A DNA stretch of 64,000 nucleotides from an uncultured Rhodothermales bacterium (GCA_964608315.1 CAZSNF010000006.1:71670-135669); one strand, 5' to 3'; positions 1 to 8,309 are shown, counted from the stretch's first letter. Numbers and translations are program-made. The notes: generated by a model not told the origin, from the sequence alone.

Positions 1-476
1 AAGCGTCGCAGCGCATCGGTCCATGTAGCGAGTTGACGACGTTCTTCAAGATCGAAGCCGAGGCGGCGCATGGTTGCGGCGGTCTTAATCACATTGTCTT
101 CAATCTTGGCCGAACCCACGAAATCCAGCGGCGGCTCTTGCGTGAACTGTGCAAAATCCCGGTACCAATCCTGTCGTTGCTGGCAGAGATAAATGGTGTC
201 CAGAAGGTCTGGACCCGGATGGTCTATGCGGGTGCTGGCGATTGTGCGGAAATCCGGGATTGGAACCCGTTCGACAGGCGGCTCGTCGAGAAAGAAGAAC
301 CCCAGCGGCGCGTGGGTCGCTTTGGCGAAGGCTTCGAGTTGCTTGAGCGTTGGCCGTACCTCCCCTCGTTCCCATTCATTGAGTTTCGGGAAGCGGCGCG
401 CCAGCGCATCGGTGCTGTGCCCGGAGCGCTCACGCGCCCAGCGAAGCAATTTGGGCTGAACAGGGACGCGGTGCAT
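1..476 (-). CDS. XRE-family helix-turn-helix protein, N-terminal 158 aa only (gene runs off the window start). This family is commonly fused to an ImmA/IrrE (COG2856) peptidase domain.
   Basis: Hand translation of the minus strand from ATG at 476-474: MHRVPVQPKLLRWARERSGHSTDALARRFPKLNEWERGEVRPTLKQLEAFAKATHAPLGFFFLDEPPVERVPIPDFRTI... The frame is open to position 1. It is absent from the ORF track because there is no stop in the window. The HTH pattern is recognised from memory. Confidence 0.6.
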   Translation of the reverse strand, partial: MHRVPVQPKLLRWARERSGHSTDALARRFPKLNEWERGEVRPTLKQLEAFAKATHAPLGFFFLDEPPVERVPIPDFRTIASTRIDHPGPDLLDTIYLCQQRQDWYRDFAQFTQEPPLDFVGSAKIEDNVIKTAATMRRLGFDLEERRQLATWTDALRR

Positions 477-771
477 GGTTTCTTGTGTCTTGTCACGGGC
501 CTGAATCCCTTCGCAAACAAGGCAAGTTCCTGTTCGGTTTCCGTTCCATGCGGCGTATTTGAAGCGGTGCGAGACATCGTTTTCAAGGGGCGATCAGGCT
601 TTTTCTTCGTCCTGTAATTTTTTGAGCCTTTCTGAAACCTTTGGAAAATTGTACGTATAATAAAGTGTCGATCATACATGGCCGGGAACGCGCTTCGGCC
701 TGTTCCCGCTATGGAGGAGAAAAGCCCCGCCTGTTTGCGCAGTGCTGGGCTTTTCGCTTACAGGGGGATCT

Positions 772-860
772 GACATCGATTATCTCCCGCTCCACATGGG
801 GGCGTATCTCGGCCCGCAGGTTTTGGCGCCACCCCGGCGCCCCGCCGTTCATGAGGTGTG
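772..860 (-). pseudogene. Relic of a second MNT (nucleotidyltransferase antitoxin) gene; only the C-terminal end is recognisable
   Basis: Positions 772-826 match 4379-4433 (3' end of the intact MNT gene) at 49/55 nt. The minus-strand translation ..NLRAEIRPHVEREIIDV compares with NLRIEIRPYVEREVINV*. There is no intact ORF. Confidence 0.5.
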
Positions 861-1048
861 CATTGCTTGCCCGAACGCCTTATATTATGGGCTGCGACTA
901 GAGGGCCGTTCCCCAAAGCGGCTTAACCTTCTCTGGGCTAGTCGTTCCAGTTTTCAAGACATCTCACTCTGGGTCAGATAGCGTCCCGAACCTTAAAAAC
1001 CCGAAAACGCTGTCCAATCAATCCGAACCATCTCTGATGCCCCTGACG

Positions 1049-1921
1049 TCACACCCGAAACACCTTCATCACTTCGTCTCCAAGGTGGTTGATTACCTTG
1101 ACTGCAATGCGGCCGGATTTCGGTTTGTCGAAAGGCCGGGAGGTGTCGCTGCGCAGCGTTGACCAGGCTTCTGCGTTGATTTCGGCCTTGAGGGTTGTTT
1201 TGAGTGATTTGTAGGGATCGCTGGCGCCGAGGAAGTAAGCATGGCGGACGAAGAAGCTTTCCTCATTGTAATCGGTATCGACGAACCAGCAGGCGATGCC
1301 GTCCGTGTCGTCGCTGCGGATTTCGCCGCTGTTCGGATGGAATACATCGACTCCGTTGATCTTGACCTGGATTTGATCGTTTTCTGCGTCGAGAATGTCG
1401 ATGTCCGGTTCGCCGAAGATGACGAATAGATTGCCCTTTCCGGTGTTTTTGAGATCGTCGGCCATGTGCAGGTCGGCGTTCATGCGAGCCTTGAGAACGG
1501 GGACGCGACCCAGTTTGCTGAATTCCGAGGCGTGGGCGTCGTAGTTGAAGGCGCAGGCGATGAGCACGTCGAATCCGGCGTCCGCAGCTTCGCGGGCGGC
1601 TTCCACGAGATCGGGACGGGAAACGGTGCCGAATTCAGGGCCGATGAAGACGCCTGCACGCTTTTCGCCGCTTGCGCCGCCGCCGGGTTCGGCGTAGCGC
1701 CCTTCTGCGCAGACAAGTTCTCCCGGCCAGGGCCTGAGTACGGAAAAGGCGATGTGATCCCCCTTGTGCGCTTGCTGTACGCCAGCGGTTTTGAGATGGT
1801 CGAGGATCGTTTCAGCGAAGCCCTGCTGTACGCCGTATCCGAGTTTGGCTTCGGCGACATGGCCTATGAGTTCGTCGTTTTCGTCTACGCCGAGGATGCG
1901 GTGCGGGGACAGGCTTTCCAC
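1049..1921 (-). CDS. mod: C-terminal domain fragment of the Type III-like DNA methyltransferase (Mod). The frame is actually open up to 2266.
   Basis: The track start is an internal GTG (Val of GPFTVESLSPHR). The ending ...GRIAVKVINHLGDEVMKVFRV is typical of ~1000-aa Mod proteins paired with ~1000-aa Res. It has no plausible own start or RBS. Confidence 0.7.
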   Translation of the reverse strand: MESLSPHRILGVDENDELIGHVAEAKLGYGVQQGFAETILDHLKTAGVQQAHKGDHIAFSVLRPWPGELVCAEGRYAEPGGGASGEKRAGVFIGPEFGTVSRPDLVEAAREAADAGFDVLIACAFNYDAHASEFSKLGRVPVLKARMNADLHMADDLKNTGKGNLFVIFGEPDIDILDAENDQIQVKINGVDVFHPNSGEIRSDDTDGIACWFVDTDYNEESFFVRHAYFLGASDPYKSLKTTLKAEINAEAWSTLRSDTSRPFDKPKSGRIAVKVINHLGDEVMKVFRV

Positions 1922-2187
1922 TGTGAACGGGCCTGCGACGCGGACGGTTTTATTGTCCTTGTACGGCTTGTCGTAGAGGTATTCGTACTCGGCTTTGGCG
2001 GCGATGGAAGCGTCAATTTCTCGTTGCCGGGCAAGGCGGGCTTCCCAAAAACGTTCGAGCGCTTGTTTGGCCTCGTCGCTCCAGTTGACGTCCGGTTCAC
2101 GCGGGACTTCCCATTCGAGCAGGGCGTTGCATGGCGCCGTTTCGCCGGAGGGCAGCGTTTCTGTCTCTTCAGGCGGCGCGGCGAAGT

Positions 2188-4011
2188 TTATGCGGCGACC
2201 CGCCCGTCCGCCCGCGGCGACGAGAAATGCTGTGTGTGTGTGTGGGGGGGGGGGGTATGTGATTTTTTAGGCAATCCCTTTGTCGCGTCCTGTTGCATTA
2301 TGGCGTTCAGCGCGTCCAGCGCCGCTTCCACGGCCGGTTGCTTTTGCTCCCAGATTACGTCGATTTCGGCGTTGTTGGCGATGGCCTTGAGCGTGATGTG
2401 GGGGACGCGCTCGTACACGAAACCCTGGCGGATGTCATTGTACGTGGGCGCTTCCGAGGGGGCCTTGCGGGCGAGTTCGGCTTCCTTGATTTGGCCGTCG
2501 CGGCTGTCCGCGAGCAGATACCAGGGATAGCGGGCGCCCATGATGCGGGCGCGGGCCAGCGCGAGGGCGACGCGAGAGGTGTCGATGGTGATCCAGCGGC
2601 GGCCCCATTGCTCGGCGACGTACGCGGTGGTGCCGGAGCCGCAGGTGGGGTCGAGGACGAGGTCGCCGGGGTCGGTAGTCATGAGGATGCAGCGCTGGAT
2701 GACCTTTGTACTGGTTTCGACGACATACCTCTTATCAGTTGCACCAGCAGTATCGTTCCAATTCGTTGTCATAGGATAAGCAGTAAAATCATGAAAATAT
2801 CGCTTGTAGGATAATTGATTTCCTGTTTTCACTAACCTCCCAGCCTTACCAAGGTTATCAAGACCCTTTTTGTCAGTCTTCCAACACCAGCGTCCATCAG
2901 AATTGAAAATTTCTTCTTGAAATGTATAACCTTTTAGATCAGCCGGATTGGGTGTTCTTGTGCCACGTATATGATCTAATGCAAAGACTCTTTCATTGTT
3001 AGGAATGAGGGTTGGATTGTAGCGTTCTTGCTGGCTAATACGCCGATAAGTAGTTCCATCAGGCGATTCCACGTTTGTGTAACCTGTAGCTCCGGTCTGC
3101 CCAATGATTTTTTCGAGCCATGCAGGGCGATATTTTGCTTCATTTTTGGATTTAGCATACCAAATTAAATAATCGGATGCCGTTGACATAAGTTTGGATG
3201 TTTGTGCCGTGGCTTTCATAAATGTGATCAAACCGACAAAATTCTCCTCCCCAAACACCTCATCCATCAGCGCCCGCACCCGGTGTACGTTTTCGTCCCC
3301 GATCTGCACGAAAACCGACCCGCTCTCCGTCAATAAGTCCCGGGCCACGGTCAACCGGTCTCGTAAATACGTCAGGTACGAATGAATTCCGTCCCGCCAC
3401 GTATCCCGGAATGCTTTCACTTGCTCCGGCTCGCGGGTGATGTGCTCGGCCTTGCCGTCCTTGACGTCGCGGCTGGTCGTGGACCACTGGAAGTTGGAGT
3501 TGAATTTAATGCCGTACGGCGGGTCGATGTAGATGCACTGCACCTTGCCGCGCAGCCCTTCCCGCTCGGCCAGCGACGCCATTACTTGCAACGAATCGCC
3601 AAGAATCATCCGGTTGGACCAGTTGGCGTCATGCTGGTAGAATTCGGTGCGGGCATCCTCGTTCGGCAAGCCGTTGAAGTCTGCGAACAGGTCCGCCTGC
3701 GCGCTTGCTTCGTCCTCCCCGGTCTCTTTGCTCCGCCGCCGCAAATCGTCGATCAGCGCCTTCGGATGCACTTTCTCCTGAATGAACAGCGGCGGGGCTT
3801 GCACGATCATATCCGACCAGTCCTGCGCATCCTTGCCCCGCCAGACGAGTTGCGGGTCCAGGTCGCGGTTGCGCCGTTCGTACCCCACCGGGACGGGATT
3901 GCGGTCGTCGTCTTCCAGCATGCCTTGATATTCCGCCGTGGGAATATTCTTGCGGGCCGCCTCGTCGTGCTTGAGGGTTTTGATCTTTCGGGTCGATTTC
4001 CGTTTCGGCAT
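2188..4011 (-). CDS. mod: Type III-like site-specific DNA methyltransferase (Mod), N-terminal catalytic + TRD portion (beta-class N6A/N4C)
   Basis: Motif IV IYIDPPYGIKFNSNF lies upstream of motif I VLDPTCGSGTTAYVAEQ (order IV..TRD..I). The frame ends 22 codons after the C12/(CA)n tract (..SHTPPPHTHTQHF..). Confidence 0.85.
   Translation of the reverse strand: MPKRKSTRKIKTLKHDEAARKNIPTAEYQGMLEDDDRNPVPVGYERRNRDLDPQLVWRGKDAQDWSDMIVQAPPLFIQEKVHPKALIDDLRRRSKETGEDEASAQADLFADFNGLPNEDARTEFYQHDANWSNRMILGDSLQVMASLAEREGLRGKVQCIYIDPPYGIKFNSNFQWSTTSRDVKDGKAEHITREPEQVKAFRDTWRDGIHSYLTYLRDRLTVARDLLTESGSVFVQIGDENVHRVRALMDEVFGEENFVGLITFMKATAQTSKLMSTASDYLIWYAKSKNEAKYRPAWLEKIIGQTGATGYTNVESPDGTTYRRISQQERYNPTLIPNNERVFALDHIRGTRTPNPADLKGYTFQEEIFNSDGRWCWKTDKKGLDNLGKAGRLVKTGNQLSYKRYFHDFTAYPMTTNWNDTAGATDKRYVVETSTKVIQRCILMTTDPGDLVLDPTCGSGTTAYVAEQWGRRWITIDTSRVALALARARIMGARYPWYLLADSRDGQIKEAELARKAPSEAPTYNDIRQGFVYERVPHITLKAIANNAEIDVIWEQKQPAVEAALDALNAIMQQDATKGLPKKSHTPPPHTHTQHFSSPRADGRVAA
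2231..2255. repeat. Simple-sequence tract (TG)6T + G12 on the plus strand, i.e. C12(AC)6A on the mod coding strand
   Basis: Read directly: 2231-2243 tgtgtgtgtgtgt, 2244-2255 gggggggggggg. It lies at the junction of the two mod reading frames. Confidence 0.95.
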
Positions 4012-4383
4012 CTATGCAGAGTCCTCGCTGGTGGCCTTCAACAAATTTTGCAATGCCGGGAGCAGTTGCGGGATTGCATCCTGAATGATAGTCCAAATAA
4101 TATGGTCATTGAGGCCCAAGTATCCATGAGCCAGGCGATTTCTCGTTCCCACGATCGCGTACCAAGGGATATCCGGATACTCCTCACGCACCTTGTCCGG
4201 GATATGGGTGGCTGCTTCCCCGATCAACTCGAGATTTCGCAGCGTGGCGTCATACGTGAGTCCGTCCGCGACGAAGGCGTCCTGATCCATATCATGCGTA
4301 TAGGATAACACCTTTTCGCAGAATTCAATCATGTCTCCCACATAGAAACGCCATTCCCGCGCTTCGTGCCTTGTATCAGACAT
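4012..4383 (-). CDS. HEPN-domain (DUF86) toxin of a HEPN/MNT pair
   Basis: Rx4H motif in GTRNRLAHGYLGLN. 123 aa. It overlaps the MNT gene by 8 nt, and its stop abuts the mod ATG (TAGATG). Confidence 0.85.
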   Translation of the reverse strand: MSDTRHEAREWRFYVGDMIEFCEKVLSYTHDMDQDAFVADGLTYDATLRNLELIGEAATHIPDKVREEYPDIPWYAIVGTRNRLAHGYLGLNDHIIWTIIQDAIPQLLPALQNLLKATSEDSA

Positions 4384-4666
4384 TGATTACCTCCCGCTCC
4401 ACATAGGGGCGTATTTCGATCCGCAGGTTTTGGTTTATTGCCATATCCACTGGGCGCCCCAACAAATCTTCGAGATAGCCCTGCGCTCCGAAATAACGCT
4501 GCCAATCGGGAGACCTGTCAAACTGCACCAGAATATCAATGTCGCTATCGTCTGTTGCCTGATTACGGGCAAAGGAGCCGAACAGGGCGAGCCGGGTGAC
4601 GCCGTAGCGTTGGGCAAGGGTCGCCTTGTGCGTTCGGAGCAATCTGAGCACATCGTCTCGCGTCAT
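4376..4666 (-). CDS. MNT minimal nucleotidyltransferase antitoxin
   Basis: GSxxR..DxD signature LFGSFARNQATDDSDIDILV. 96 aa. ATGA overlap with the res stop. Confidence 0.85.
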   Translation of the reverse strand: MTRDDVLRLLRTHKATLAQRYGVTRLALFGSFARNQATDDSDIDILVQFDRSPDWQRYFGAQGYLEDLLGRPVDMAINQNLRIEIRPYVEREVINV

Positions 4667-7600
4667 TGAATTCCCTCGTCGGATGTCAAAACAGGCAGGG
4701 CGATTTCTTGCTCGATCATGCGGTTGAAGCGGGCTTCGATCTTGTCCTCAAAATCCGAAAGGATATCGTAAGCGTCGGTGAATTCGGCAAAAGCCCAACG
4801 GCCGAAACCGCCATGACTGTTTACTCCGGGAATCCAGCAGGTTTCCATCGTGGCCTTCTTTTCCTTGGCGTCTTCCCGTCGATACCCCTTGATTTCCACG
4901 ATCAGGTGCAGCAAGTCATCGTGGCTTCGCCCGTCGTCGACGAGCACGATAAAGTCCGGGACGTACGTACGGATTTCGGAGCCGTACCGATAGGGTACTT
5001 TCAATCCGAGGTTGCGATTCTTGACGTAAGCCCTGACTTGCGGATGGGATTCCGCCACCCGGCAAAATTCCGCTTCCCAGTCGCTGTCGAGGACAGCCCA
5101 ATTGATGTGGCAACGGCGAGAATCGGTTTCGTACCGACAGGCGCTGGACGTATTGAAATGAACGTGCGCGGTGGAGCCGACGGGATTGTAGGGGTCCAGC
5201 ACGGCCTTGACGGGTCGATCGCCCATTTCCGCTCGCGTAATGCCCGCCGTGATGCGTTCGCAGGCCATGTCCGCCAGTTCCTGGTACATGAGTTGCGCCG
5301 GCCAGGTCCCGCCCTTGCAGACGAGGCATTCGTCGAGCCATTGCCTGGAGATGCGCTTGAGTTGGCCGAAGAGGTGCGCTTTGGGCGTTTCGTTCGGGTC
5401 CCGCCATTTCGTATAAAGCAGCCGCCGGGTCAGGTTATAAATCAGGGCGTTGCGTCGAAGCGCTTGCGTATGCCCCAGATCAAGGTTCACGCCTTCCCCG
5501 ATAATTCCCTGATTTCTCGTAATGGACGGTCCGATCATATCCGGCGTGAGTTCCAGCACCGAATCGGCGTTGAACTTGGCCCGGAGTTGTTCCTCTGGCA
5601 ATTCGATGCGATATCCCGCTACCCGGGGGAAGCGAATTTCCAGCGCATCTCGTTCGGGCCGCATTGCTTTTACCTGCACGGTTTCGCGAGGGGGGCGCGG
5701 CGGCACCGCCACAGGCTTTGCCGTAAAGTCGAAGGGAATGCCCAGCACGTCGGCGTACTCGACATTGAATAGTCCCTTTTCGTTCAGTTCGTAGGACTGC
5801 CTGCGCAGCGCTCGCCCGACCACCTGTTCGCAAAGCAACTGGGTTCCAAAGGCGCGTACGCCCAGCACATGGCTGACCGTATTCGCGTCCCATCCTTCCG
5901 TAAGCATCGAGACCGATACGACGCAGCGAATCGAAGCCCCCAGCCGCCCGGGTTTCCCCACGGTGTTCATGACTTCGCGGAGCAGGTCCTGATCGCTGAT
6001 GTGCTCGGCCTGACGCCGGTCGCCGGTGCGTTCGATAATTTCTCTGCGAAACCGCTCGATTTCGTTAGCGGCCATCTTGCGGAAATTTCTGTCCAGCGCA
6101 TCCCCGGACTCCAGTTGTACGCTGTCGATCAATAAAGTCCGGGGCGGGGAATACGGGTTGCCGTCCTCGTCGAAATTGCGAAACAACGCCAGCCGTCCGT
6201 TTTCGAACGTCCTGTTGCCGTCGCCTTGTTCTCGATGGAACCCAGAGATGTAATCGTAGACCAGCTTGGAGGTTGAAGTATTGTTGCAGACCACAATGAA
6301 GCAGGGCGGCACTCGAATGCCTGCTTCATTCCAGGCGTTGAATTCTTTCTCGTAATGACCGTACAGGGCTTCCAGCGCGGTCTGGAGTTCTGTGGGCAGG
6401 CTCAGGGGGTCCAGCGCCTTGCCCGCGCCCCGTTTCTTTTTCGGCATATGGGGGCGTATATGCTCCCACAGATTGCGAAATTTCGGCATCTCGCCGCCGG
6501 GAATATTGTCGGCTACTGGCACCCGGGGAAGTTTCACGATGCCGCATTCGATGGCGTCCATCAGGGAAAAATCGCTCATCGCCCAGGGAAACAGGGTACC
6601 CTCTGCATAACCCGATCCGCGCAGGAAGAACGGGGTTGCCGAAAGGTCTATCACGCGTCGAACGCCCAGTTTTTTGTTCGCTTTTTCAATGCCCGAAATC
6701 CACAACCGGGCGGCTTCGGCATTCTTTTGGGCTTCTTTGCGGTCGTCGCCCTTGAGGATGTCCTCCTCTTTTTCTTCGTCCGGCCTTTCGCGATAGCAAT
6801 GGTGCGCTTCGTCGTTGAGAACCAGAATATTTTTCATGCCCATGAGTTCGGGCATGACGCGTTGCAGCATTTGCCCCTCGGTTTCAAGGGTGTTCAGCTC
6901 CGCGCCCCGTCCCTGAAGCAGGGCGCGCGCCCCCTTGGACAGTTCGAGGCGTTCGCGCTGCTTGAAAGCGTGATAATTGGTGATGACAATTTTGGCCTTC
7001 CCCAGATCGGGAAGCATATCGTTCGGGACCAGCTCGCGGCGTTGATAGTAGCTATCCGGATCGTTCGGCTGCAACACGCGCAGCCGGTCCTTGATGGTAA
7101 TGCCTGGCGTAATCACCAGAAAACCCTGCGTGAATCTGCGGCTCTGCGGGCGACGGACCGCATTGATGGTCTGCCAGGCGATCAACATGGCCATGACCAT
7201 CGTTTTTCCTGCGCCGGTCGCCAATTTAAGCGCAAGGCGGGACAATTCCGGATTGGCGTCGCGGCTCGCGTCCTCAAGGTGCTTGAGGAACCCTTTTGCT
7301 TCCTGTCCCTTGCCTGGCGCTACTTCGGTAAGCCAAATGACGGTTTCTACCGCCTCGATCTGGCAAAAGAAGGGACGAATGTCACTGAAGCGATGCGTTC
7401 GCCAATGCCGGAGCAGGCGGGCGGTTTCCGGCGTTACGCCCTGCTGGTCGGGAGGGAGGTCGCGCCACCGATCTACTTGCCTGCGTACGCCATTGATAAT
7501 ATCCTTCAGGTATTGCTGGTTTTTGGTTTCCAGCTTCCTCGCCGCTTCGTCGAACACCAGCGAAGATTGTTTTTCAGAGGCGCCCTTTCGTTTTCTGGGT

Positions 7601-7746
7601 TTTGGGATGGGCGTGATAAAATCAGCGGACCTGCGCTGCTCGACGATACGCTGGGTTGGCTGGCCGTCCGGGTCCAATTCCCAATGGCGATTGGGGCGCT
7701 CGTAGGGCGAATTCAGAACAGGTTGCTCGAAAAACAGATCGCTCAA
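4663..7746 (-). CDS. res: Type III-like restriction subunit Res (SF2 helicase + C-terminal PD-(D/E)xK nuclease)
   Basis: Walker A LATGAGKTMVMAM, DEAH box LVLNDEAHHCY, C-terminal PDFIVLV...EIKG. The N-terminus FFEQPVLNSPYERPNRHWELD is typical of this family. TTG start in the track. Confidence 0.85.
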   Translation of the reverse strand: MSDLFFEQPVLNSPYERPNRHWELDPDGQPTQRIVEQRRSADFITPIPKPRKRKGASEKQSSLVFDEAARKLETKNQQYLKDIINGVRRQVDRWRDLPPDQQGVTPETARLLRHWRTHRFSDIRPFFCQIEAVETVIWLTEVAPGKGQEAKGFLKHLEDASRDANPELSRLALKLATGAGKTMVMAMLIAWQTINAVRRPQSRRFTQGFLVITPGITIKDRLRVLQPNDPDSYYQRRELVPNDMLPDLGKAKIVITNYHAFKQRERLELSKGARALLQGRGAELNTLETEGQMLQRVMPELMGMKNILVLNDEAHHCYRERPDEEKEEDILKGDDRKEAQKNAEAARLWISGIEKANKKLGVRRVIDLSATPFFLRGSGYAEGTLFPWAMSDFSLMDAIECGIVKLPRVPVADNIPGGEMPKFRNLWEHIRPHMPKKKRGAGKALDPLSLPTELQTALEALYGHYEKEFNAWNEAGIRVPPCFIVVCNNTSTSKLVYDYISGFHREQGDGNRTFENGRLALFRNFDEDGNPYSPPRTLLIDSVQLESGDALDRNFRKMAANEIERFRREIIERTGDRRQAEHISDQDLLREVMNTVGKPGRLGASIRCVVSVSMLTEGWDANTVSHVLGVRAFGTQLLCEQVVGRALRRQSYELNEKGLFNVEYADVLGIPFDFTAKPVAVPPRPPRETVQVKAMRPERDALEIRFPRVAGYRIELPEEQLRAKFNADSVLELTPDMIGPSITRNQGIIGEGVNLDLGHTQALRRNALIYNLTRRLLYTKWRDPNETPKAHLFGQLKRISRQWLDECLVCKGGTWPAQLMYQELADMACERITAGITRAEMGDRPVKAVLDPYNPVGSTAHVHFNTSSACRYETDSRRCHINWAVLDSDWEAEFCRVAESHPQVRAYVKNRNLGLKVPYRYGSEIRTYVPDFIVLVDDGRSHDDLLHLIVEIKGYRREDAKEKKATMETCWIPGVNSHGGFGRWAFAEFTDAYDILSDFEDKIEARFNRMIEQEIALPVLTSDEGIQ

Positions 7747-7789
7747 AACGTGGTGCTCCCTCGGATTAGGTTCACGCTGTGACAGGGCA

Positions 7790-8083
7790 TCACTTACCCC
7801 TTTTGTTTTGAGGCGGCTTGCTTCTTTTGATTATTCTCTCCTCGGATTTTTTAGCGTCTGCGATGCTTGGTTTTTGTTGAATTCGGACTTTTGCGCCGTC
7901 ATGAACAGGGTCAGGGCCTCCTGGCAAATGTTCCTTTAGACGATCTTCAACTCTTCCTCTTTTTGCTACGCCGGTGTACAAGTTGTTTCCCTGGCTGTCC
8001 TCAATCTTGTATACGACGGGCTTGTCTTGGGCAAGTTGTTCAATTCCATCCGCATTGAAAGCGGCACTTTTTTTACCGGCCAT
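7790..8083 (-). CDS. Stand-alone GIY-YIG domain protein (97 aa)
   Basis: VVYKIEDSQGNNLYTGVAKRGRVEDRLKEH (GIY..YxG..R..H) followed by KSEERIIKRSKPPQNKRG (E..lI...P..N). It lies 43 nt upstream of res on the same strand. Confidence 0.65.
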   Translation of the reverse strand: MAGKKSAAFNADGIEQLAQDKPVVYKIEDSQGNNLYTGVAKRGRVEDRLKEHLPGGPDPVHDGAKVRIQQKPSIADAKKSEERIIKRSKPPQNKRGK

Positions 8084-8116
8084 AAATTTTTTCCATGTGG
8101 GGGCTGATTTTGCCTT

Positions 8117-8207
8117 TGGCGGAGAGGGAGGGATTCGAACCCTCGATACGGGGTCGCCGTATACTCCCTTAGCAGGGGAGCGCCTTCAGCCACTCGGCCA
8201 CCTCTCC
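8117..8207 (-). tRNA. tRNA-Ser (anticodon GCU), CCA encoded
   Basis: Minus strand GGAGAGGTGGCCGAGTGGCTGAAGGCGCTCCCCTGCTAAGGGAG-long variable arm-GAGGGTTCGAATCCCTCCCTCTCCGCCA. The anticodon loop CTGCTAA was folded by eye. Confidence 0.9.
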
Positions 8208-8309
8208 CGTTGCGCGTACGGGAACGCATCCCGGCGCATGGCTCATTGGTATTTCAAGGACCCCTGCTAACGCCGAAAAGCGCGCCAGGTTCGACTTCCC
8301 GGCGCCGAT

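Noticed and set aside
33-617. 194-aa plus-strand ORF at the window start
   Set aside because: Its composition is not protein-like. The opposite strand gives a clean XRE-HTH sequence (MHRVPVQPKLLRWARERSG...) from the ATG at 476, so the plus-strand ORF is judged an antisense shadow.
6355-7782. 475-aa plus-strand ORF
   Set aside because: Antisense to res, with no recognisable motifs.
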